A stretch of 64,000 nucleotides of DNA, from positions 1 through 64,000 of IMG/VR virus record IMGVR_UViG_3300033977_000049. One strand, given 5' to 3'. The notes under the pieces were generated by a model that saw only the letters and a list, made by a program, of their open reading frames with translations, was not told the origin of the DNA and searched no databases. A program made the position numbers and the translations under genes. This DNA is from a virus. The first letter of the stretch is position 1; every line of letters begins with the position of its first letter. This document shows positions 54,565-64,000 of the stretch, in pieces.

Positions 54565-56563
54565 TTAAGGAGCGACAGCTTCAATCCTACGCAGAGTCAT
54601 AACGGAGCCGGGTCGCAATGTGTTAGTATATTTCACATTATATGAAACCCAACCACCAATTTGACGGGCAGGATCGGAAACGGAACCACTAGCTGGTGCC
54701 TCTTGGATCATGAGGCGGTAATTTTTCTCACCAGTTGTGGGGTTTTTACCCAAGAACACACTGAATATAGCGTCATCACCAAATACATATGTGATATATT
54801 TGGGAACGCCATCCACGGTCGGCGTGGGGCAAGTCGTGGTTTGCTTGAAGCGGCATCCGGCAAATTCGATCACTTCATCATCAGTGAGAGGAGAGAACAA
54901 TTTGCGGACGGTACTTTCATTGCGCTTCAAAATGTCAGTCAATCCATTGTTAGTTGTGTCGTTAAGAATATCCTCAACAACATAAGGATGAATAATGCCT
55001 CCCCAATAACCATCTTTGGTTAGGGGGCGAGCATTAACGCCCTTAAGAGACTGAGTAGCAGCACGGATAGTCGATGCGGTAACGAGTGCACCACCAGTAA
55101 GGTCGATGTTTACATTACCATCAACCGCCGCAGCAGCATCAGCCGTCAACTGAACAAGGGTATTAAGAGACAGTGCCAACCGGTAATTCAGTTCGGTAGC
55201 CAAATTTTGGAGCAGAGACGGATCATCAATTGCCACGTCCATCGCTAGATCGGAACTGTTAATAAAATCACAATATTGTCCGATTGTGGCGACTATCTTT
55301 GACGTAGACTCTGAGATCGGAGATCCAACTGAACCTTCACTAGCAGGTTGAGTGTTAGCACCAAATAGCGAATAAGTGAAGAATTGGATCTGGTTCCCGG
55401 CATGGAGCGGAAGGGGCTTCTGCTTAGTCATAAGCAAGAAGGGCGTTTCCGCTTTCAGGTTTGGGCAAATGTGTTTAGGCTTTAATTATCACTAATAAAG
55501 CGCTCTACATGTTACCATGTAGTTCGGACTCTATCTTAACTTCCAAAGAAGTTTCCGGCGTATTAGTCTCTGGGGATAATGGCTGATAAAGTTTTTGGAA
55601 TTGTTGATATAAATCTTCTCTAGCTTCCTGATTTACTTTACTATCTAAACGTATAAATTGTAAAATCAAGTTTGCTTCTTGTTTTTTTAATATTAAATAT
55701 GGCAATATTGCCAGTAGAAGATTTTCTTGAATTTCATTCCCGAATATAGTCCATCGGAAAGCAGGTATATAATTTTCATTTGCAGAATGTTTTGGTTTAA
55801 ATATTCCACCAAAATGTAAAACTAAATATTCCATTAATGCCCTACTGCAATTAGTAATATTTATAACCTTGTGATAGCAATAGCCATTGGCATTATATTG
55901 TTTAGTTTTAATTATTCTTAAAGAACCCTCGCCATCGATTAATGCTGCAAGGTAGGAAAAATCTGATTTTGTATTATGCATTAATCCAATAGATTTCGAT
56001 GACCCGCTATTTAATATCTTACTTTTAAAATAAAAATTTTCACGTATATCGGGAATGATTTTATTTCCTAAATCAATAAAAGAAAGACATAATTTTGCCT
56101 GTTCTTTTTTAATGATAAGGGAATCTAAAACAGATAGTAACAGAGACTTTATCCTCTCTTTACCACCATGCGGTTCCCAATTAAAAGATCTTGTTCCGGG
56201 TTTAAAGGAACCGCCAAAATGCTTTATTAGGTAATTCATTAACCTTTTATCTTTATTAGATACGCTAAGATTAATAGAATATCCCCAATAGCCTTTTTGA
56301 TTTTTACAGCGATAGACACCAATATTGCCTTCTCCGTCAATTAATCCCGCAAGATAAGCATAATGTCTATCTTTTCTAGCCATTCTTTCCTCCGTCTAGT
56401 CCTCCCACAATCATTATAACATATTTTTTAAAAAATATGTGGATTTTGACGGATATAGCCGAATTTAAAGGCGACCAAATTTTATCGCCTGACGCTCATA
56501 GAAAATGGCAACCAAGTTCGGGAATGTTCCCGAAGTTAACACCGAAGCAGGAGTATAACTCAT
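54565..56563 (-). CDS. Major capsid protein, N4-gp56 family; spliced, exons 56563-56484 and 55465-54565 (326 aa)
   Basis: Joined exons read MSYTPASVLTSGTFPNLVAIFYERQAI/PNLKAETPFLLMTKQKPLPLHAGNQIQF; motifs EG..G, QY.DF...SD, IIHP, DP..Q.G. Confidence 0.88.
55466..56483 (-). mobile_element. Group I self-splicing intron
   Basis: 5' exon ends in U; P1 GGCGAU/GUCGCC with U.G wobble; R element CAGAGACUA; S element AAGAUAGAGUCC; terminal omega-G; splicing restores the frame. Confidence 0.9.
55505..56383 (-). CDS. Intron-encoded double-motif LAGLIDADG homing endonuclease
   Basis: YLAGLIDGEG and YLAALIDGEG motifs; ORF runs through the P7 core. Confidence 0.92.
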   Translation of the reverse strand: MARKDRHYAYLAGLIDGEGNIGVYRCKNQKGYWGYSINLSVSNKDKRLMNYLIKHFGGSFKPGTRSFNWEPHGGKERIKSLLLSVLDSLIIKKEQAKLCLSFIDLGNKIIPDIRENFYFKSKILNSGSSKSIGLMHNTKSDFSYLAALIDGEGSLRIIKTKQYNANGYCYHKVINITNCSRALMEYLVLHFGGIFKPKHSANENYIPAFRWTIFGNEIQENLLLAILPYLILKKQEANLILQFIRLDSKVNQEAREDLYQQFQKLYQPLSPETNTPETSLEVKIESELHGNM

Positions 56564-56608
56564 GGTTGTTTTGCCCTAAACGGGCTAAATACCTCTTGTT
56601 AAGATAGT

Positions 56609-57883
56609 TTAGCGCCGAGCGGATTGACGTGTCTTAAAGCGAATAACTGAAGCCATAAGCTCGTTAATATCTTTATCAGACATGCTCTCCAACTCTTCGA
56701 CTGTGGGCGCTGCGCTTGGTTCTGAAGTAGGTGCTCCACTGGCCTCGCTGGTTCTAACTCCAAATCCAATACTAGCCGCTCGCGGACGTGGCGCTCCAGG
56801 AATCCCCGTGGGCGCTGGCGTCGGTGCCGGTGTTGCCGGTTGTGCTGTTACAGGTGCCACTGGTGCGGGCGCTGGCTGTGCTGCTGGCACTGGTGCTGGC
56901 GTTGGCTCAACTTCTTCTTCTACGGCTTGTAGCTCAAGCAATCCGTCTTGAGCTAAAACATCGAAGGCCTCTGCCAGTGTTTGTCTATTGAAAAATCCTC
57001 GTTTTGGCAATTCAAGCATAACTTGATTAGCATTTGCATCTGTAAGTTCTACGCCTAATTTCGCCTTTGCCAAATATCCTATAATCATCCTATAATTAGT
57101 ATCAGTAGAAAGATATTCAGGATGTGATTCCACAAATGCCCTAGCTTCTGTATCGATATAAAGTTCTTGAGATGCCTGGGCACCCAATCTTGCATTTTCA
57201 ACTATATCTTCGAGCTTCATGCCCGTCTTTTTCTCGATAAGAGCAGTTAGGGCAGCATCGGGATCGCTCGTAAGTTGATTCTTAATTTCAAACTTCTCAT
57301 CTGCCGTCAATTCACGAACTCTAGTTCTGGCTCGTGCAGGTGTTGGTGCGGCTGACTGTGTGGCAACTTTTAATTTCAACTGTTTATTTTGCTGCCTAAT
57401 TTGCTTAGTTGCGTTAAGTTTAGCAGTAAGAACTTGTCTTAGAAGTTCGCTTTCGTCTTTTCCATAAAAAACCTCCGCTCCGCTTCCTTCTCCAATGCTC
57501 AGCGTAGCCTTTTTACCAGTTGGGGTATCTTCGATAACCACCACAGAACCATCGTCATATTCATATACTTCAGGTTCTTTAGCGGTTGGTGCGGTTACTA
57601 CAGGCTGAGGTGCCGTTACTGGAGTTGACGCAGGCGTGTTTGTAATAACTTCCGGCTGTAGTACTGCTTCCGGTTCGGGTGCAAAGGGATGTGCTTGAGC
57701 AGCATCCAATTTAGCTTGCGCGGCTGCAATAGCTGCTTTATCTTCATCTGTTGCGGTATCTTCTACTAGACCTGTTAAAAAATCTGACCCTCCGGTGCGA
57801 GTATCCATAGGCGCAAATTTATCATCTAGCCAAGGCTTCACATCGGGATCTTCTGTCGGGTATTGCACTGTATCTGTGGCCAT
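56609..57883 (-). CDS. Capsid scaffolding protein
   Basis: Acidic, Pro/Ala-rich; immediately upstream of MCP; C-terminal ELESMSDKDI helix. Confidence 0.7.
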   Translation of the reverse strand: MATDTVQYPTEDPDVKPWLDDKFAPMDTRTGGSDFLTGLVEDTATDEDKAAIAAAQAKLDAAQAHPFAPEPEAVLQPEVITNTPASTPVTAPQPVVTAPTAKEPEVYEYDDGSVVVIEDTPTGKKATLSIGEGSGAEVFYGKDESELLRQVLTAKLNATKQIRQQNKQLKLKVATQSAAPTPARARTRVRELTADEKFEIKNQLTSDPDAALTALIEKKTGMKLEDIVENARLGAQASQELYIDTEARAFVESHPEYLSTDTNYRMIIGYLAKAKLGVELTDANANQVMLELPKRGFFNRQTLAEAFDVLAQDGLLELQAVEEEVEPTPAPVPAAQPAPAPVAPVTAQPATPAPTPAPTGIPGAPRPRAASIGFGVRTSEASGAPTSEPSAAPTVEELESMSDKDINELMASVIRFKTRQSARR

Positions 57884-57893
57884 ATCATTCTCC

Positions 57894-57916
57894 TGGTTAG
57901 AATCCGCTAACCACGG
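57894..57916 (-). promoter_or_regulatory. RNA hairpin abutting the scaffold RBS (second copy at 51643-51678)
   Basis: CCGUGGUUAG-CGGAUU-CUAACC-AGGAG. Confidence 0.6.
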
Positions 57917-57931
57917 GTTTAATTATGGGAT

Positions 57932-58294
57932 TTAAATTCCCTCCATTGGACCCGGTGTATGATGCCTTAAACTCTCTGAAAGCACCGCAGGGGGCTTTCG
58001 AGCGGCTTCAATCGCCGCATCCACGTCTTGCTTAAATTTAATAAATAATTGATTGGCAACTATAAAAACCGTGCTAGCTGCATTTACTTCATCTCTATCT
58101 TTAGGATCAATCTTAGTTATTTCTTCTGCTGATTTTGCAACATAAGATTGAAGCATTTCTAAAACCACATCAAATCCTGGAAGTACTCGAATTTGAGAAA
58201 GGGCACGGCCCTTTTCCCACATAGTAATATTATATTCTTCCTCTTCCGTAAGCTGGCGATTAAGAATTTGAGTTAATTTGGCAGTATCAAACAT
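57932..58294 (-). CDS. Small head-assembly protein between portal and scaffold
   Basis: Helical protein with a PGF motif in the typical post-portal position. Confidence 0.55.
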   Translation of the reverse strand: MFDTAKLTQILNRQLTEEEEYNITMWEKGRALSQIRVLPGFDVVLEMLQSYVAKSAEEITKIDPKDRDEVNAASTVFIVANQLFIKFKQDVDAAIEAARKPPAVLSESLRHHTPGPMEGI

Positions 58295-58297
58295 ATC

Positions 58298-58525
58298 TTA
58301 TACTCCATTGGATATATATTTTGGTGATATAAATTGTAATATAGGCTGTGGTATAAATGAAAATATAGGTTGTGGTATAAAAGGAAGAATAGGATTAGGT
58401 ATAAATTGAGGAATAGTGGACAGTGCTATGCTCCATCCGCAAAATGGACACATATCTATGGGCGGTGGGTAATCTATTAATCGATGGCAATTAGGACAAT
58501 ACATTTTTCTTTTCAGCCCTTTCAT
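58298..58525 (-). CDS. Small Zn-ribbon protein with a Pro-rich repeat tail
   Basis: CPNC...CPFC; repeated FIP(Q/N)PI. Confidence 0.45.
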   Translation of the reverse strand: MKGLKRKMYCPNCHRLIDYPPPIDMCPFCGWSIALSTIPQFIPNPILPFIPQPIFSFIPQPILQFISPKYISNGV

Positions 58526-58961
58526 ATTGAGTCCTTACAATTTGCTCAACACAACTAGTGGCATCTCCACACCAAGCAGCTATTCCTTCTTGAGTAAGGG
58601 CATCTAAAATAGCTAGCATTATTTCATTCGGATTACGCCTACATCCCGGCTGCCTCCAAAGCCATTGCAGACATTTAGTATTAACATCTTCATCGCTTTT
58701 ACATTCTTCAGCCGGTAAAAATCCTTTGCTATGTAGTTCGGTAATAACAGATTTACGGCATAATTGAAGGGTATGAAATGTATCTCTGCCAATTTCATAA
58801 CCCGCACGCCATGCTAAAAATTGTTTTTTATAATCGGCAGATTCTCTATCGGCTTCAATAATTTCCTCGCAGATTATATTACCAATGCGATTTTGCGAGT
58901 ATCTCCAATTTTCAAATGCTTCTCGCCATTGTGCATTAATATTATTAGGCATTGGCTCCAA
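58491..58961 (-). CDS. Hypothetical protein
   Basis: ORF overlapping the portal stop. Confidence 0.5.
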   Translation of the reverse strand: MEPMPNNINAQWREAFENWRYSQNRIGNIICEEIIEADRESADYKKQFLAWRAGYEIGRDTFHTLQLCRKSVITELHSKGFLPAEECKSDEDVNTKCLQWLWRQPGCRRNPNEIMLAILDALTQEGIAAWCGDATSCVEQIVRTQYERAEKKNVLS

Positions 58962-61029
58962 ATCCTATCCCTCCAGGCGCTCCGGCCACTTCTTCCGGAG
59001 TCGCAGCTTGCTCTATACTTTGTCTGAGAACTTCATTAGCGGCCCTAGCAATATTTTTATCATCCTGAAGCTGAGCAGTATTAGTTGCTCTTTGTTGTTC
59101 TAAGGCCATTTTACCTTGACTTTGAATTTGCGCTGCCGCTGCTTGTTTAGTAGCCATCCAGCGTTGTTTATCTTCAGCGGTCATGTCTACAACAACATCA
59201 TTTATATTCTTCCAATCGCTAACTTCAAACATCATGCGTATCAATTCCCGCACATTAATCTTCTTCCCTTCAATGGCCAGCGATTCAGTAATATTACTCG
59301 CTTGCAAAAATTGCATCATAATGGGAAGCGCCTGGGCCATATTGCGCCGGGCAAGCATTTTTGCAGCCGCGCTAATAGTGAATTTCATGCGAGATTTCTT
59401 CGGATTCAATAAATCAATAATATCTCCCTGCTTATCTTTGATATATTCATGGTTTAATTCATCGCTTAGAATATATCTTACGGTTTGAAGGGGCATTAGG
59501 TTTCGGTTCATATCAGCAACTTTATATAAATATGGCACCACAACTTGATTACACAGTTTTTCTACAAAATCCTCTACCCTGGAACCGCTACCAGAAGCCA
59601 TGAAATTAGCGCCCGCTGCTGATCTTGCTAAATTAGAATGCCCAGATGCTCCTGCCACTCCCTGTGTGGCAAATTCACTGGCTCCCGAAGTTTGCTCCAC
59701 CCTAGCTTGAGACATTGATAATGCCTGCATGGTTTCGGGAATGGGCTGTGGCCTTTGTAATGGCATTAGGGCATTTTCTTTATCAATATCGATAATTTTA
59801 CCGGGCGATACGCGCAAGTTTTGAGTGGGAACGCTCTGGCCTTTTACTCTGGTATAAACTCCATTCAACATGATGGCTAACATATCAAGCCATGTATTGA
59901 CAATGCCCATTTGCAAACGCTGTTCATTTCCTATAGTCTTTGCTAAGCCCATTGACCAAAATGCATTTGGGACATCCCACCAGCCAATGCTAAAAAATGG
60001 AATTTCATTAAAATAATTTCTAGTATTGGCAATGACTAATTTTCTTTGCAAAACAAGAATATATCTTTGATTATCCCATCTTTCTATTAATTCCAAGGGC
60101 TGATTAAATGGATCTTCGGTAGGTGCTTCCCATTGGGGTGTAGCGCGAGCATCAGATAATGGTGTGGGATAAAGAGTTTCGGCTGGGCCTTGAACGACTT
60201 CTTCTTTAGGGGGAAAGAAAAGTTCTAAAAGTTTTTCCCTGCTGGGAAGATTTTTAATATCTATGCGCTGTCTTAATCTATCCAATTCTTCCCAGGTTGG
60301 GTACATTTTATGGACAACATATTTAGCTTTTCGGATATCCGGTTCTTTTAATGTGGGATCGGGCAATACGCTTCTTAGATTACTAATATTTTCAAAGGTT
60401 GGCCTATCAACCAATCTTTCCGTAGGAACTTCTTCAAGCTCTTCATCAACGCTTGGAAGTTCTTCTACACCCCCTGCGGGAGAAGGCAATTTAATATTAG
60501 GAATAACACGCCGTAATTCAATATCTTCTTTTTTATAGACTTCCCATCCGTATTTCCAAATGCCAGTTCCATATAACAAGCAATTCATTACGCCCAATCT
60601 TAAATGTTCACGTATATTCATTTCCTCAAGCTGCCATGCTATAATGGCTGCATTGGCTCTTGCAACTTGAGCGGAAGTCCCCGGCTTTGGTTGTGCTAAA
60701 AATGGGGGATCGTCATAAAATAATCCCTTAATAATCTGGGGAGCTAGGGAATTAACAACCGTAGCTAATGTAAAGAATGGAATATTGGCACGCTCAACCT
60801 GAGTGCCTTCCCAAAACCTAGTTACAACCGGAGCCTGATAAAGAGTTCCGGCGGTAGTCCATCCCAATACCCAAGATTTGGTAGCCTCAAAATTCTCTGC
60901 GCGATCAGCATCTTTTAGAACTATATTGAGCGCAGTGCGGTCATCCCATACGCCAGTGGAAAGAACTTTTTTGGCATCTTGAAATTGTACTGGCTGTTGT
61001 ATTCCCGGTGGTTGCGGTAAAAGCGCCAT
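58945..61029 (-). CDS. Portal protein
   Basis: 694 aa after terminase; LLYGTGIWKYGW, PDP...I..AKYV, N.F.EIPF, FW.MGL, RSAAGA. Confidence 0.85.
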   Translation of the reverse strand: MALLPQPPGIQQPVQFQDAKKVLSTGVWDDRTALNIVLKDADRAENFEATKSWVLGWTTAGTLYQAPVVTRFWEGTQVERANIPFFTLATVVNSLAPQIIKGLFYDDPPFLAQPKPGTSAQVARANAAIIAWQLEEMNIREHLRLGVMNCLLYGTGIWKYGWEVYKKEDIELRRVIPNIKLPSPAGGVEELPSVDEELEEVPTERLVDRPTFENISNLRSVLPDPTLKEPDIRKAKYVVHKMYPTWEELDRLRQRIDIKNLPSREKLLELFFPPKEEVVQGPAETLYPTPLSDARATPQWEAPTEDPFNQPLELIERWDNQRYILVLQRKLVIANTRNYFNEIPFFSIGWWDVPNAFWSMGLAKTIGNEQRLQMGIVNTWLDMLAIMLNGVYTRVKGQSVPTQNLRVSPGKIIDIDKENALMPLQRPQPIPETMQALSMSQARVEQTSGASEFATQGVAGASGHSNLARSAAGANFMASGSGSRVEDFVEKLCNQVVVPYLYKVADMNRNLMPLQTVRYILSDELNHEYIKDKQGDIIDLLNPKKSRMKFTISAAAKMLARRNMAQALPIMMQFLQASNITESLAIEGKKINVRELIRMMFEVSDWKNINDVVVDMTAEDKQRWMATKQAAAAQIQSQGKMALEQQRATNTAQLQDDKNIARAANEVLRQSIEQAATPEEVAGAPGGIGFGANA

Positions 61030-61030
61030 G

Positions 61031-61546
61031 CTAATTTCCTAATAAATCTTGATGTTTCTGAAGATAAGATATCGCGGAAATAAGTGTCTGAATGTTATCT
61101 TTTGCCAATCCCAACATACCATTGCATGCAATACATAAAATTCCCCTAATTTTTATTCCACCAGTTCTATTTTCATATGCATGACAATGATCTATGCACC
61201 ATCCATCTCGCCTGCCTTGATTAAACGGCGGATTGGTGGTTCCGCATATAGCACATCTATTTCCTTGATTTTCTAACATTTTCGTGCGTTCTTCAAAAGT
61301 TATACCAAATTTTGATTTAATTTTTGAAGAATAATTATGAGGCCATTTTCTGGATTCATAAAATTTTCTTTTATGTGCCCTAAATTCTTTATAATGGTCT
61401 CTCTTCCAATCTCTTGCTTTTTGATATTCTTTATCTTTTTGTCTAGCTCTATAACGTATTTGAGCTTCTCTTTTATATTTTCTATATCCTACGGGATCTT
61501 CTTTCTTAAAATTTTCTCTCCATAATTTTGTAGTTTCTTTACTCAT
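61031..61546 (-). CDS. Endonuclease VII-family homing endonuclease
   Basis: FGIT.E...Q...CAIC...IDHCH...IRGILCIACN. Confidence 0.85.
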   Translation of the reverse strand: MSKETTKLWRENFKKEDPVGYRKYKREAQIRYRARQKDKEYQKARDWKRDHYKEFRAHKRKFYESRKWPHNYSSKIKSKFGITFEERTKMLENQGNRCAICGTTNPPFNQGRRDGWCIDHCHAYENRTGGIKIRGILCIACNGMLGLAKDNIQTLISAISYLQKHQDLLGN

Positions 61547-61548
61547 AT

Positions 61549-63504
61549 TTATCCAACTAATCCCGCACCCAAGAGTGGTGGTAATCCATCACACGGAGTA
61601 ATGGGCTTAAGCCCCGTATCTGGCTGTTCTGTTGGATTAATAACATGTGATCCGGCATCGCTAAATCCGGGTCTTCCAAATGCATCGCAATGCTCTTCGT
61701 AAATTAAATTCCAAGCCGCATCTTCCCTACTCCAAGCTGGCAATTCTCGCTTGGTAATCATTATTTCAATTTTAGGAAGCCATCTCACCTGCTGGGCAAT
61801 GACATCTGGAATATCATCATGATGATGACTTATAAGGCAACGCTCGAATTCATTATATAAAACATCTAAATATGGCAAGTGAGAAACAAACCATAGCCTA
61901 TCGGACATTAAGAGAGGATGCAAGGCTGCCATTCGTATTCTTTTTGCATCCTCTTGCTGATCCGGAACAAACCATTCGATTCGCCTACACACATCTAAAA
62001 GCCATTGCTTTTTGCGATTTTCAGCTTCAGCCATAATTGTAGGCTCTAGCAATCTTGATCCAGCACAATCTTCTATAGCTAAAACAGCGGGACGATATCT
62101 TTCAGCCTGATCCACTACAGATTTGGCCAATCCGGTAGGGCTGAATCTTTGCCTAACTAAATCAATCACATATAATTGGCTTTTGGCATTGTAGACGCTT
62201 ACGGCACAGGTGGAATAATCTCTTTTCTTTTTCTGGCTAAATGCAAAATCCCAAGTTATAATTGCAGGTGCCGTTGCTGGCACTTTATTAAAAGGTATAG
62301 TATGTAATTGCAGCAACGGCTTATCAAAAGTTATATTGCGTCGGGGGCGTGGATTTTGATTAATTTGTCCTTCAAATACAGCTTCATTTTCTTTTTGTTT
62401 ACGACGCAAGGTTTCATAAGAAAGAAGTTCTGGAAATAAAATATACCAATCTTCTTTTTTTAAATCATCTTCTTTTATTTCATTTGCTAAAAGCTTTTTT
62501 CTAGGTTCTGGCTTAACTTCCCAACCCTTGCCAATTAAAATAATTTTTCCCGTAACTGGATTTTTAAATAATTCCCATGGGCGAGGATCACTGGCACTAT
62601 CAAGGCCTTTGATTATTTCTATATCACCCACATTCTTTTCAATTTCTTCACCATAGCGATCTTCTTCGGCATAGCGAGTGCCAAGCATAACTACATAGCC
62701 ATAAGTGACCAGCATATTCTTATCAATATCCCAATTTTTAGATACCTTAGCGCATCCTTCAGGTGTTTGGGAATTGATATTGTCCACCATATCATCCGGT
62801 TTAATAATCTCAAAGTGGAGTCCGCTTACAGTGGATATGATAGAGGCTGCCATAATAGTTGACTCTTTACGAGTTACCTGATTGGCAAGCCATATTGGAC
62901 AATTAAAAGTTTCTCCAACTAATTTCTTTTCATCAACACAAAATTCTGGAAAAAATAAATTCATGGGCGAGGGGTCTTCCCTGATAACAAAATGCCCTCG
63001 TGTTTCATCTACAAATCCAGCAGCCAATTTATCTGTAGCGGTAAGATATAAAATTCTAATATCTGGAAAATTTAATATCCATTGCACGCTGTCTATAACA
63101 TCTATTGAACTTTTAAAGCTTCCTCTAGGGTAGAGGATAAATCGTTCTTTATAGACCGGATCTTGATCGGCTATTGATTTCGTATCATCTTTCTTGATAA
63201 AAACATCGCAAAGCGGGCGATGGGTGGCTTCATTAATAAGATTTACTTCAATAGGCTTGCCCACTCCGGTTGGGCATGAAGGCCAACAGAAATATTTAGC
63301 TGCCCAATAAAGATCCGCTTTGGTTCTCCGGCGCACTTCTTTAACTACAGGAATTTCTTTGAATTTATCCAGTCCTAATCTAATAGAATTTACTAGATTT
63401 TTCTTTACAACGGGATTTATAATAAAATTATATAATTCTAGATCGGGTATTAATTGCGGCCCATGAAATTGTACAGATAATTCATCAAACGTGATTTGGG
63501 ACAT
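61549..63504 (-). CDS. terL: Terminase large subunit
   Basis: PRGSFKS Walker A, G.HFEII.PDD Walker B, GTRY..ED, WDFAF...DYS RNase H nuclease, HDDIPD. Confidence 0.92.
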   Translation of the reverse strand: MSQITFDELSVQFHGPQLIPDLELYNFIINPVVKKNLVNSIRLGLDKFKEIPVVKEVRRRTKADLYWAAKYFCWPSCPTGVGKPIEVNLINEATHRPLCDVFIKKDDTKSIADQDPVYKERFILYPRGSFKSSIDVIDSVQWILNFPDIRILYLTATDKLAAGFVDETRGHFVIREDPSPMNLFFPEFCVDEKKLVGETFNCPIWLANQVTRKESTIMAASIISTVSGLHFEIIKPDDMVDNINSQTPEGCAKVSKNWDIDKNMLVTYGYVVMLGTRYAEEDRYGEEIEKNVGDIEIIKGLDSASDPRPWELFKNPVTGKIILIGKGWEVKPEPRKKLLANEIKEDDLKKEDWYILFPELLSYETLRRKQKENEAVFEGQINQNPRPRRNITFDKPLLQLHTIPFNKVPATAPAIITWDFAFSQKKKRDYSTCAVSVYNAKSQLYVIDLVRQRFSPTGLAKSVVDQAERYRPAVLAIEDCAGSRLLEPTIMAEAENRKKQWLLDVCRRIEWFVPDQQEDAKRIRMAALHPLLMSDRLWFVSHLPYLDVLYNEFERCLISHHHDDIPDVIAQQVRWLPKIEIMITKRELPAWSREDAAWNLIYEEHCDAFGRPGFSDAGSHVINPTEQPDTGLKPITPCDGLPPLLGAGLVG

Positions 63505-63508
63505 AAAA

Positions 63509-63925
63509 TTACAATGGAGCTAAATGGCGATACCATAAGAGATAATATAGAAGCATGGCCGCATTAGTTAATACGCCCTCTTTCATGGCAGTAAAAGCAA
63601 TATACCAAGGATAAAAAGATATCAAAAAGGCGCTAAATCTTTTAGTAAAATAACACCGCAGTCCCTTATAAATTAAATATCCCATGGGTAAATAAAGTAT
63701 GAGATAAAACTCTGCATGAAGAAAAAGGGCCGCGCTTGTAATTAATTTGTGGTTGAATGGATCACGGGCAAATGGATTTGCCTCTGACCAAGGTGGCATA
63801 TAAACATCACAAACAAAAGATATAAGCAAGTCTAGAGCATTGGCTATTAACATGGCAGAAATAGACATCCATAAAGGTTTGAAATCCCCGCTGTAAGAAT
63901 TTTTAATAGCCTTCCAGAGTCTCAT
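63509..63925 (-). CDS. Membrane protein
   Basis: Multiple hydrophobic segments; D...EANP motif. Confidence 0.55.
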   Translation of the reverse strand: MRLWKAIKNSYSGDFKPLWMSISAMLIANALDLLISFVCDVYMPPWSEANPFARDPFNHKLITSAALFLHAEFYLILYLPMGYLIYKGLRCYFTKRFSAFLISFYPWYIAFTAMKEGVLTNAAMLLYYLLWYRHLAPL

Positions 63926-64000
63926 TATTTCCTTCGCCCACCCATACTCATTAGCCCTATGGCAGAACGGGCTTGGCTGGCAGTTTCACTCTTTCCCTTT

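Noticed and set aside
61549-63504. Intein or intron in terminase or primase-helicase
   Set aside because: No Cys/Ser...His-Asn splice motifs or frame breaks; lengths are normal
1-64000. Stop-codon reassignment
   Set aside because: Genes are intact and densely packed under the standard code, and TAA, TAG and TGA all terminate genes

Overview
This window is a 64 kb segment of a tailed dsDNA bacteriophage genome. It uses the standard code, is AT-rich, and shows no host housekeeping context. Two arms converge at about 17.85 kb. The + strand arm (1-17848) carries early/replication genes: an LRR protein, Cas4/RecB-like nuclease, ClpP-like protease, replication initiator, two nucleotide-sugar enzymes, primase-helicase, sliding clamp, 8-oxoG glycosylase, cell-wall enzymes and nucleotide-pool enzymes. 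The - strand arm (64000 to 17878) carries morphogenesis genes: terminase, portal, scaffold, N4-gp56-type major capsid, three paralogous neck/ring proteins, nozzle, fibres and ejection proteins. No tape measure, tail tube or sheath is recognisable, so a podovirus-like virion is inferred. Highlights: (1) a 3340-aa putative ejected polyprotein whose central cargo (metallopeptidase, SAM-lyase-like, cobalamin-type radical SAM, glycosylase-like, three copies of an unknown module) is punctuated by seven L-[L/F]-Q motifs at domain borders; (2) about seven glycosyltransferase domains interleaved with Gly-X-Thr repeat fibre proteins, suggesting virion glycosylation; (3) a group I intron with a LAGLIDADG endonuclease that splits the major capsid gene, whose first exon the ORF track missed; (4) a covarying RNA hairpin in front of two late-gene ribosome-binding sites. 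Family assignments come from motif recognition by eye, not database searches.
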